Positions 19,856 to 28,181 of a stretch of 37,725 nt of DNA are shown here, in pieces; within the stretch, counting starts at the first letter, position 1, and each line of letters begins with the position of its first letter. This DNA is from a bacterium UBP13_UBA5359 (GTDB taxonomy: Bacteria; UBP13; UBA5359), in contig DHPR01000031.1 of NCBI GenBank assembly GCA_002410925.1, forward strand, positions 1-37,725, in the 5' to 3' direction. The position numbers and the translations under genes are program-made. Below the pieces are notes generated by a model. The model worked only from the letters and a program-made list of their open reading frames with translations. It searched no databases and was not told the origin of the DNA.

Positions 19856-21277
19856 ATGATATTAAGAAGAACTAAAATAATCGCTACTCTGGGCCCATCC
19901 TCCGACAGGGAGGAGGTACTGAAAGGCATGATACTGGCCGGCATGAACGTTGCCAGACTTAATCTCTCTCACGGTACACATGAAGATCATGCGCGGCGGA
20001 TAAACATGGTGCGCAGACTTGAGCGCAAGCTGGGCAGACCTATAGGTATTTTAATGGATCTTCAGGGGCCCAAGCTGAGGATAGGAGCCTTTGCCGAGAA
20101 TAGTATAATACTGAAATCCGGCGATGATTTTATTTTGACGGCTGATCCGGTAGAGGGATCGCTGAAGAGAGTTTTTCTGGATGTACCTCCAGCGGTGATC
20201 AGCGATATTAAGCCGGGCGATACCATTTTATTGCGCGATGGCTTGATTCAGCTGCAGGTAAGCGGGGTCACTGATAATAATATAGTATGCAAGGTTATAG
20301 ATGGTGGCGAACTCTTCTCCCGTAGCGGCATTCACTTGCCGGTAACCGCCATCAGCATGAGCACTTTGACGGATAAGGACCTTAAGGATTTGGCTTTTGG
20401 TTTGGAGCAGCGTGTAGATATGCTTGCCATCTCCTTTGTCCGAACCGCCAACGATATTTTACGGGTTAAAGAGATCATCAAGGATAAGGGTGCAAGCGTT
20501 CCGGTTATAGCCAAGATAGAGAAAAGGGAAGCATTAGATAATTTTGATGCCATCCTGCAGATTGCTGATGGTATCATGGTAGCCAGAGGGGATCTGGGGA
20601 TAGAGAGCGATATAACCGAGGTTCCTGTTGAACAGAAGAGAATTATCGCTAAGTGTAACCGTGTCGGCAAGCCGGTAATCACTGCTACGCAGATGCTGGA
20701 ATCCATGATCTGGAACCTCAGGCCTACCAGGGCGGAGGTTACGGATGTAGCTAATGCTATCTTTGACGGCACCGATGCTACCATGCTCTCCGGCGAAACG
20801 GCTATAGGTGAATATCCGATAGAATGTATCTCCATGATGCATCAGATAGCTTTAAGTGCGGAAAGCAGCTTTGATCACCAAAGGCTCCAGGTGGAGAAGA
20901 TGGATCTTCCTGTCGATACCATAACCGAGGCTATCGGGGAAGCTACGGCAGCTATGGCGGCCGACCTGAAAGTACCGGCCGTGATTACCTTCACCTCTTC
21001 CGGGCATACGGCCAGAATGATAGCCAAGTTCCGGCCGGCAGCTATGGTGGTGGCAGTTACCTCTGTGGAAGCTACCATGCGAAAATTGACTCTATCCTGG
21101 GGAGTATTTCCTCTGCGGGCGGATCAGATATCCAACACGGATGAGATGATAGCCAATGCAGTAGCTCGTACCCTGGCAGCCGGGTTTGTCTCTGAAGGAG
21201 ATGTCGTCGTGATAACGGCTGGAGTTCCCATAGGCGTAACGGGTACTACTAATCTTATCAAGGTTCACAAGGTATAA
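19856..21277 (+). CDS. pyk: Pyruvate kinase
   Basis: RRTKIIATLGP, ARLNLSHG, DLQGPKLR, IAKIE, MVARGDLG, ATQMLESM, MLSGETA. Confidence 0.97.
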   Translation: MILRRTKIIATLGPSSDREEVLKGMILAGMNVARLNLSHGTHEDHARRINMVRRLERKLGRPIGILMDLQGPKLRIGAFAENSIILKSGDDFILTADPVEGSLKRVFLDVPPAVISDIKPGDTILLRDGLIQLQVSGVTDNNIVCKVIDGGELFSRSGIHLPVTAISMSTLTDKDLKDLAFGLEQRVDMLAISFVRTANDILRVKEIIKDKGASVPVIAKIEKREALDNFDAILQIADGIMVARGDLGIESDITEVPVEQKRIIAKCNRVGKPVITATQMLESMIWNLRPTRAEVTDVANAIFDGTDATMLSGETAIGEYPIECISMMHQIALSAESSFDHQRLQVEKMDLPVDTITEAIGEATAAMAADLKVPAVITFTSSGHTARMIAKFRPAAMVVAVTSVEATMRKLTLSWGVFPLRADQISNTDEMIANAVARTLAAGFVSEGDVVVITAGVPIGVTGTTNLIKVHKV

Positions 21278-21282
21278 TTAAC

Positions 21283-21672
21283 ATGGGTAATCGTCGGACA
21301 ATAAAAATCTTTTTTCTATTGCTTCTACTGGGCTATATACTCTTTAGCTTTGGGCAAGCTTGTTATCGTAATGCTGCCCAGACTATGCGGCTCAGAGAGA
21401 AGGACAAGCAAGTTGCCATTGAAGAGAAAAGGAATGAAACTCTAAAAAAGCGTATAAAAGAGCTCGGAACCGATGAAGGAATAGAGCAAGAGGCGCGTCA
21501 AAAGCTGGGTATGACGGCTCCAGGCGAAGTAGGTTATCGTGTACTCTCCAAAGAAGAAAAGAGAGAGACTACGGCTGCGCCCGCTTCAGAAAAGGAGGCT
21601 ATACTTCAGAATGGCGGCTCTGATAGAGATAAAGCGGAAAGTGAAGCTACAAGGCCATCGGTTAAGCGTTAA
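21283..21672 (+). CDS. ftsB: Septum formation initiator FtsB/DivIC family protein
   Basis: Short N-terminus, TM helix, coiled coil, IEQEARQKLGMTAPGE motif. Confidence 0.8.
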   Translation: MGNRRTIKIFFLLLLLGYILFSFGQACYRNAAQTMRLREKDKQVAIEEKRNETLKKRIKELGTDEGIEQEARQKLGMTAPGEVGYRVLSKEEKRETTAAPASEKEAILQNGGSDRDKAESEATRPSVKR

Positions 21673-21936
21673 AGTGAGTTGACAGGGAGACGGTAGAAAT
21701 GGTGAGGCAATAAGAAATGCTTTGGTTTGGACCGAAGTGGCGATTGAGAGTGGCACAGATATTGACATTATATGCATTAGACGGAAAACAGATGGTCGTT
21801 CATCACGTACTTGACAAATCGGTCTCTGAATTATAAATTTACTATGGGTTTATGTACCCGGGTGCAAAGCAAGCTTCTTGATATTTTATGAAGGTACGGC
21901 GGTCGTAAGGCCGATAACAAGGAGGAATAATTCCAA

Positions 21937-22344
21937 ATGCCTGTAACGGTAGGCGAGATTGTCGAAGGCAGCATCTCCAAATTGACTAATTTCGGTTTTT
22001 TTGTTGAGTTGCCGGGAGGGGAATCCGGTCTGGTGCATATCTCTGAAGTAGCGGACACCTATATCAGGGATGTGCGGGATCTATTCAAGGAAAATGATAA
22101 GGTCACGGTCAAGGTTATCGCCATTGACGAGCGGGGTAAGATTGAACTCTCCGTGCGCAAGGCTTTGTCCCGTGCAGAGGGACAGGTTCAACAGGCCCCG
22201 CCCCGGCGCAGACCGGGTTCAGTCGGTGCCGGCTCCGGTTTTGAAGAGCTGCTGGGTAATTTTATGAAAAAGAGTGAAGAGCGATTATTAGAGCTGAAGC
22301 GTAATACGGAATCCAAAAGAGGCGGTCGTTCCAGACGGCGTTAA
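21937..22344 (+). CDS. S1 domain RNA-binding protein (YabR/YugI-like)
   Basis: VGEIVEGSISKLTNFGFFVEL...GLVHISEVA; C-terminal FEELLGNFMKKSEERL. Follows divIC, as in Bacillota. Confidence 0.9.
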   Translation: MPVTVGEIVEGSISKLTNFGFFVELPGGESGLVHISEVADTYIRDVRDLFKENDKVTVKVIAIDERGKIELSVRKALSRAEGQVQQAPPRRRPGSVGAGSGFEELLGNFMKKSEERLLELKRNTESKRGGRSRRR

Positions 22345-22444
22345 GCGAATTTTGAACAGGGTCTTGCATAAAGTCTTTTTGAAGCGATAAAGATTACTTC
22401 GCCCTGGGAAGCGGCCGGGGCGGAAGTGGTTTGGGAGTAATCAC

Positions 22445-23683
22445 TTGAGCATTCACGCACATCGTTATTTCGCCAGGGTGCTGCAGTTGTCAGGCAAAGA
22501 GGAGATAGCCGGCACCATGGCCTCAATAGGCGTCGATCTGCATGGTATAGAGCGAATGCTGCCTAAAACCGGGCATCACCTGCTCTATTTGAAACGGGTT
22601 CCCGTTCGTGCGGCGATGTTGATAAAGCAGGGAATGCTGGCACGTGACGGCGATGCTGCGCTAAGCTGGGAAGCCTCTAATATGTCGGCAGAGCATACAG
22701 ATATTATTATGATGGGTACGGAGGGGCAACTTCGCTCTGCGCTTGCGCTTCTTCATCAGCAGCCCTTCGGTTTGCCTCTGCTGGCAAAGGAGGCTGAAAT
22801 CGCTCTCAACGCTTGTATTGTCAATAAACCGTATTGGCGTATAGGAGAGAAGTCCTATGATCTCTCCCGCAGGACACTGGTCATGGGTATACTCAATGTG
22901 ACGCCGGATTCATTCTCTGACGGCGGGCGCTACCGCGACCCTAACAGGGCATTGGAGCATGCTTTGAATATGATAGAAGAGGGAGCCGATATCATAGACA
23001 TTGGAGCGGAATCCACGCGGCCGGGATCTGCGGAAGTAACTGCAGATGAAGAGCTTTTACGCTTGATACCGGTGATAGAACGCCTGTCGGATAAGACGGA
23101 TGTGCCGATATCCATAGATACCAGGAATGCCGGCACAGCGGCAGCTGCTCTGCAGGCCGGCGCCGTCATTATTAATGATATTAGCGGTTTGACACACGAT
23201 CCTGATATGGCTTCGGTAGTAGCCGACAGAGGGGCCTCTCTGGTAACAATGCATATCAAGGGAACTCCTGAAACCATGCAGCTGGCTCCTTCCTATGAAG
23301 ATCTTATGGGAGAGGTAAGCTCCTTTCTTTACGATTCTATCGATAGAGCTGTGGCCGCCGGCGTAGCGGAGGATCGTATAGTTGTAGATCCCGGCATAGG
23401 CTTTGGTAAGACAGGGGATAACAATCTGGAGATTCTGCGACGCTTGATGGAGTTACGGTCCCTGGGCAGACCTATATTATTGGGTGCTTCACGCAAAGCC
23501 TTTATCGGAGCGATTCTTAATACAGCTCCACAGAAAAGATTGGAAGGCACTCTAGCCGTCAACACTATGGGCATTGCCAATGGCGCCTCCATTGTAAGGG
23601 TACATGATGTGAAGAGCACTGTCATGGCCTGCCGCATGGCGGAAGCAATACTCTATGGGCGTAAAGAGGCTGAAAAAGGATGA
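22445..23683 (+). CDS. folP: Dihydropteroate synthase with N-terminal extension
   Basis: MGILNVTPDSFSDGG, DIGAESTRPG, VDPGIGFGK, GASRKAFIG, VRVHDV, plus an extra ~140-aa N-terminal domain. Confidence 0.92.
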   Translation: MSIHAHRYFARVLQLSGKEEIAGTMASIGVDLHGIERMLPKTGHHLLYLKRVPVRAAMLIKQGMLARDGDAALSWEASNMSAEHTDIIMMGTEGQLRSALALLHQQPFGLPLLAKEAEIALNACIVNKPYWRIGEKSYDLSRRTLVMGILNVTPDSFSDGGRYRDPNRALEHALNMIEEGADIIDIGAESTRPGSAEVTADEELLRLIPVIERLSDKTDVPISIDTRNAGTAAAALQAGAVIINDISGLTHDPDMASVVADRGASLVTMHIKGTPETMQLAPSYEDLMGEVSSFLYDSIDRAVAAGVAEDRIVVDPGIGFGKTGDNNLEILRRLMELRSLGRPILLGASRKAFIGAILNTAPQKRLEGTLAVNTMGIANGASIVRVHDVKSTVMACRMAEAILYGRKEAEKG

Positions 23684-25947
23684 AGCTGGTCGATTACCGG
23701 CGTGATTTGCGAGGCCTGGCATGGGGACTTTTAGCCTCCATGTTGGCTATATGGGTATGGCATGCCGGCCTTACCAGACGGCTGGAGCTTATTGCTTACG
23801 ATTGTATGTTTCGCTTGGATGGAAGTCAGAGGGTAAAAGAGGACTCCTCCGATGTGGTAGTGGTAGGCATCACCGAAAAATGTCTGAGCCGGCTGGGAGC
23901 ATGGCCCTGGCCGAGACGCTATCATGCCGCTATGGTAGATAGGCTGGCTGCTTATGGCGCCCGGGCGATAGCTTTCGATATTATCTTTTCCGAGCCGAAT
24001 GAGGAAGATGATCCTTTGCTGGCTAATGCCTGCCGTCGCAGCGGGCGGGTTATTCTGCCTGTCTGTACTTCCCGAGAACCTGCTATCAAAGCTGCTTCCG
24101 GTATAATGAAAGTGGATAACCTGACAATACCGACGCCTCAATTGCGCCAGGCCGTATTTGCCCTGGCTCATATCAATCTGAACGCAGACGACAGAGATGG
24201 AATAGCTCGTAGAACGCCGCTTTTTATCAAATATAAGAATGATTATTATCCCTATTTCGGAGCAGCTGTGACCGCTCTCTATTCCGGACGTAAGCTGCAA
24301 GCCGATTCTACCGCTGCAAGGGTAATGATGGGGAGCGAGAGCATCCCCGTAGAAAGCGGTGAAATGGCTATCAATTTTAAGCAAAAACGAGGCTGTTATC
24401 TTTACTCTGATGTTCTGGCCGGCCGGGTTCCTCCGAAAGTATTCAAAAATAAAGCCGTCATCATAGGCAGCATAGGCCCGGGGTTGAGCGATGTCCATAT
24501 AACGCCGCTGCGGGCAATGGATGGAATCATGATACATGCCTCGGCTATAGATACCATGATAGAAGGCCGTTATCTGCAGGGTTTGCCGAAGCTGCTGATT
24601 ATAGCCTTGATACTTCTTTGCGGCGTTCTGACCGGCCTGGGCGTCCTTCGTTATAGGGCATTGGGCGGTTTGGCCTGCCTGCTTGTCTTGATAACCGTAT
24701 TCTTTTCGGCTGCAGTGCTGCTCTTTATTCAATATAATATTATATTGGATATAGTGCCTTTACTGCTTGCTCTGGCTGGAGGATATACCTTTACTCTGGC
24801 AGGGTATTTCAGGTTGGCTGATAAGGTTATCGAGGGACAGGATCTTCGTTTGAGCTCTCTCTATCAGGCCAGCAATACCTCTTCATTAACCGCCTTTAAC
24901 AGTGCTGATGTAGTGAAGATGCTGATAGCCGCTGCTCAGGCGGTAGTCAAAGCCGACGTTTACGGTCTGGCTCTGCCTGATGAAGAAGGGCATCTTGTCT
25001 GGAAAATTGCGGAAGGATGTGCTCCGGAAATTATCGATACCCTCTTTGATGCCGGAGAAGGGGTTACCGGAGAGGCTTTTCGTTCCTGCCGTCCGATTAT
25101 GGCTATAGATATACGTAAGCAGCAGGAGCTGGGCTGTGTCGAACTGGAGTACATGGGAAGAACAGTGCTGTCGGTACCCATGGTGGTGCACTCCTGTTCA
25201 GTGGGCGTACTGACGCTGGTGCAAAAACGGCGCCGGCGGTTCTCCTCTGAGGATTTGGATACCATATCCGCCCTTACCTGTCAGGCTGCCGTTATGCTTG
25301 AAGATGTCTCTTTACAGTTGCAAACCCGCAAGGCATATCTAGGAAGCATAGAAGCATTAAGTATGGCTATTGATGCCAAGGATGATTATACGCACGGACA
25401 TTCTCAGGCTGTAGCCAGAAATGCGATAGCCATTGCTGAAAGGCTCAAGCTATCGGAAAGGGAAATAGAAACTATCCGCCATGCCGCTCTGATGCATGAT
25501 GTAGGCAAGATAGGCATAAATGATTATATTCTTCAAAAACCCGGCTCCCTGACCAGCCAAGAGTATGAAATAATGAAAAGCCATGTTATCTATGGCATGG
25601 AGATCGTAAAGCCACTTGATTTCCTTGGAGATGCCTCGTTGTATCTTCTGTATCATCACGAGCGTGTAGATGGTCAGGGATATCCAGAGGGGTTACAGGG
25701 AGAGGCTATTCCTCTGGGGGCTCGTATTATCAGCGTGGCCGATGCCTTTGATGCCATGACCTCAAACCGTCTGTACCGCAAAGCTCTTGACATAGAAGAA
25801 GCTCTGAAGCGTCTTAAGGAAGGGGCCGGCACACAATTTGACGGTCGCATTGTCGAGATGTTCCTGGAGATAATCAATGAACAGAAGCAATCATCTACAA
25901 GGATAGCTATACGTGAGAGCGGGCGCATTATCGAATCCACACCATAG
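23680..25947 (+). CDS. CHASE2-TM-GAF-HD-GYP cyclic-dinucleotide phosphodiesterase
   Basis: CHASE2 motifs (LGAWPWPRRYHA, IAFDIIFSEP, DRDGIARR); 3 TM helices; GAF; DAKDDYTHGHS, HDVGKIG, HHERVDGQGYP. Confidence 0.9.
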   Translation: MKLVDYRRDLRGLAWGLLASMLAIWVWHAGLTRRLELIAYDCMFRLDGSQRVKEDSSDVVVVGITEKCLSRLGAWPWPRRYHAAMVDRLAAYGARAIAFDIIFSEPNEEDDPLLANACRRSGRVILPVCTSREPAIKAASGIMKVDNLTIPTPQLRQAVFALAHINLNADDRDGIARRTPLFIKYKNDYYPYFGAAVTALYSGRKLQADSTAARVMMGSESIPVESGEMAINFKQKRGCYLYSDVLAGRVPPKVFKNKAVIIGSIGPGLSDVHITPLRAMDGIMIHASAIDTMIEGRYLQGLPKLLIIALILLCGVLTGLGVLRYRALGGLACLLVLITVFFSAAVLLFIQYNIILDIVPLLLALAGGYTFTLAGYFRLADKVIEGQDLRLSSLYQASNTSSLTAFNSADVVKMLIAAAQAVVKADVYGLALPDEEGHLVWKIAEGCAPEIIDTLFDAGEGVTGEAFRSCRPIMAIDIRKQQELGCVELEYMGRTVLSVPMVVHSCSVGVLTLVQKRRRRFSSEDLDTISALTCQAAVMLEDVSLQLQTRKAYLGSIEALSMAIDAKDDYTHGHSQAVARNAIAIAERLKLSEREIETIRHAALMHDVGKIGINDYILQKPGSLTSQEYEIMKSHVIYGMEIVKPLDFLGDASLYLLYHHERVDGQGYPEGLQGEAIPLGARIISVADAFDAMTSNRLYRKALDIEEALKRLKEGAGTQFDGRIVEMFLEIINEQKQSSTRIAIRESGRIIESTP

Positions 25948-25985
25948 CGGCATGCCGGTTGGAATGCCTGCGTTTAGCGATAATG

Positions 25986-26044
25986 TTGACGGGCAATAGC
26001 CGGTATGATATAAATTATATATGTTAGTTAACTAAGCAGATAAG
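25986..26044 (+). promoter_or_regulatory. Promoter plus operator 1 of the GntR/LacI regulator
   Basis: TTGACG, 17-nt spacer ending TGa, TATAAA; then GTTAGTTAACTAAGCAGATAAG containing the perfect palindrome TTAGTTAACTAA (26024-26035). Confidence 0.75.
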
Positions 26045-26111
26045 AGTATGCTCTTATTCATTTGAACAAGATACCAGAGTATATTCGGGAAGATGTGTGG
26101 GAAGAGCGATA

Positions 26112-27200
26112 ATGAAAGTATCTACTATTAACCATAAAGATCCATCCCCGCTCTATCTGCAGGTGAAGGACTTTATACTTGGAGAGATAAAGTCCGGCAG
26201 GTATGGCATTGATTGCTTGATTCCTTCAGAAAATGAACTGGTCAGGGCCTACGGTGTAAGTCAGGGAACTGTGAGGAGAGCCTTGCTTGAGCTGGTAAAG
26301 GATGGATATCTTTACAGGCGGCAGGGAAAGGGAACCTTTGTGAGCAGCCGCTGGATAGAGAGCAATGTAGAGCCATCATTTGTAAAATTTTTCTTTCCCA
26401 TGTTTGAAGAGCAGGATCAGATATTTGATCGTCACCACAAGGAGCTGGCAAGAGGTATTCAATCTTACCTTAGCAGCATATCCGGTGGATATGAGATGCT
26501 CATAGATATCGTATTGGATGAGCGAAAGCCGGGGGGACTGGTTATTCAGGAAACACCTTTTATCAAGGGGGCATTCTTTGATCTGCTGAATCCTGTTAAT
26601 CCGGAGATACTACGCAAGCTAACGACTCCCTGCGTTACTATTCATCGTCACATACCCGGAATACCCGGCATCAGAATAGATAATAGCAAGGGCGCCGAGA
26701 GTGTAATTAAGCACTTAGTGGAATATGGGCATCGACGAATAGGATTTTTAAAAAACCGTCAGGATTATGCCGACACCCAGGAGCGTTTTACCGGGTACCT
26801 GGCTGCGCTCGCAGATAACGGTCTTCCATATGAAGAGGAACTGGTAATGCCGAGCTCATGGTACGGTGAGGGCGCATATCTGGCAGCTGAAAAGCTTTTA
26901 TCTTTGCCGAAGCCGCCGAGCGCTATTTTTGCTCCCGGATGGCAAATGGCTCTTGGCGTTCTGAAGGCTGCCAAGGATAAAGGCGTAGATGTGCCCGGGG
27001 ATCTGGCGGTAGTGGCTTTTGACGATTTGACGGAGCTATATAAACCGAGAGTTCCTTTGACCACAATAAAACAACCTGTCTTTGAGATGGGGGAAAAAGC
27101 CGCAAAGATGCTGATCGATCTTGTTGATGGAGAGCGGGCGGGAAGTGAGCATATTACCCTCCAACCTCAATTAATAATAAGAAGATCTACAACAGGTTAG
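26112..27200 (+). CDS. GntR-HTH / LacI-type sugar-binding hybrid repressor (AraR-like)
   Basis: PLYLQVKD...IPSENELVRAYGVSQGTVRRALLELVKDGYLYRRQGKGTFV; C-terminal GHRRIG, VPGDLAVVAFDD, LTTIKQP, LIIRRST. Start re-called at ATG 26112 (GTG 26097 is an alternative). Confidence 0.92.
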   Translation: MKVSTINHKDPSPLYLQVKDFILGEIKSGRYGIDCLIPSENELVRAYGVSQGTVRRALLELVKDGYLYRRQGKGTFVSSRWIESNVEPSFVKFFFPMFEEQDQIFDRHHKELARGIQSYLSSISGGYEMLIDIVLDERKPGGLVIQETPFIKGAFFDLLNPVNPEILRKLTTPCVTIHRHIPGIPGIRIDNSKGAESVIKHLVEYGHRRIGFLKNRQDYADTQERFTGYLAALADNGLPYEEELVMPSSWYGEGAYLAAEKLLSLPKPPSAIFAPGWQMALGVLKAAKDKGVDVPGDLAVVAFDDLTELYKPRVPLTTIKQPVFEMGEKAAKMLIDLVDGERAGSEHITLQPQLIIRRSTTG

Positions 27201-27277
27201 GAAAAAGGTTTATTTTATGCAGTTGTAGCGGCTTATGAAGCGTTACCTTTATCAAGTTATCCCTTAGCGGCACGGGT

Positions 27278-27299
27278 GTTAGGCAACTAAGTAGACAGA
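27278..27299 (+). promoter_or_regulatory. Operator 2 (auxiliary copy)
   Basis: GTTAGGCAACTAAGTAGACAGA, 17/22 identical to operator 3. Confidence 0.6.
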
Positions 27300-27467
27300 C
27301 GGGAGAAGAGGAAAAATATCAAGATTACCGGTAACATTTAAAGGGAAGAGAAGAAAGAAATTTGCTACCTATTTATTCGTTGCTTTATCCGATTTGGAAG
27401 TGATATTTCTAGAAGGAGAGCGGATACCTTAACAAGATTTAAAGGCTTATACACAGATCTCGTTAGA

Positions 27468-27526
27468 TTGACAGGCAACCCCCTTTATGGTATAAGATTT
27501 GTAGGTTGGTTAACTAAGTAGACAAG
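27468..27526 (+). promoter_or_regulatory. Promoter plus operator 3 of the pilin-led operon
   Basis: TTGACA, 17-nt spacer ending TGg, TATAAG; then GTTGGTTAACTAAGTAGACAAG, 19/22 identical to operator 1. Confidence 0.8.
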
Positions 27527-27541
27527 CATGGAGGTGCAGTA

Positions 27542-28168
27542 ATGAAAAGAAGGAGCAGGAAGGGATTTACACTGATAGAATTGCTGGTAGTTATTGCAAT
27601 TATTGCCATACTTGCCAGTATTCTTTTCCCAGTCTTCGGGCAGGCCAGGGAAAGGGCCAGGATGGCAACCTGCCAAAGCAATTTAAAGCAGTTGGGACAG
27701 GCATTTACTATGTATTGTACTGACTGGGACGACTGCCTGCCGCTTGCCAATCACCATGTGGGTGATGGTAGATATATCAAATGGACAGAGCCCACGATTA
27801 TTCCTCCGTATACAGGGCAGAAAACAGGCAAAGGCAGCGGTATCTTCGTCTGCCCTAATCGGGAAGCCTTGCCAAACATGGATTACTACGGCATGAACTA
27901 TTATGTCGCCATGAGATCGCCATCCGAATCTCGGAATATAAGCGGCATTATTCTCTTGATGGAGACACTGGCCTCGCATGATGGCGCTGTTAACCATTAC
28001 AAGAACCTGCTGCCGGATACCGAGGGAGGGGTTTTGCGGTATGATCACAATGACGGCATGAATATCCTTTATCTCGACGGTCACGTCAGCTGGCGTAAAT
28101 ATATTCCTGATGCATTTAAAACCGGCAGTGTCGTTACTAACCTCAAGAATGGTTTGGGCTGGGAATAA
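27542..28168 (+). CDS. Prepilin-type N-terminal cleavage/methylation protein with H-X9-DG C-terminal motif (DUF1559-like)
   Basis: [49 protein letters not shown]-terminal [22 protein letters not shown]. Confidence 0.92.
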   Translation: MKRRSRKGFTLIELLVVIAIIAILASILFPVFGQARERARMATCQSNLKQLGQAFTMYCTDWDDCLPLANHHVGDGRYIKWTEPTIIPPYTGQKTGKGSGIFVCPNREALPNMDYYGMNYYVAMRSPSESRNISGIILLMETLASHDGAVNHYKNLLPDTEGGVLRYDHNDGMNILYLDGHVSWRKYIPDAFKTGSVVTNLKNGLGWE

Positions 28169-28181
28169 AGGGAGGAAATTA

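Noticed and set aside
21679-21839. Three TTGACA hexamers between ftsB and the S1 gene
   Set aside because: Only the last has a plausible -10. This is an ordinary promoter region.
23731-24732. 333-aa minus-strand ORF
   Set aside because: Antisense to the CHASE2 gene, with no family features.
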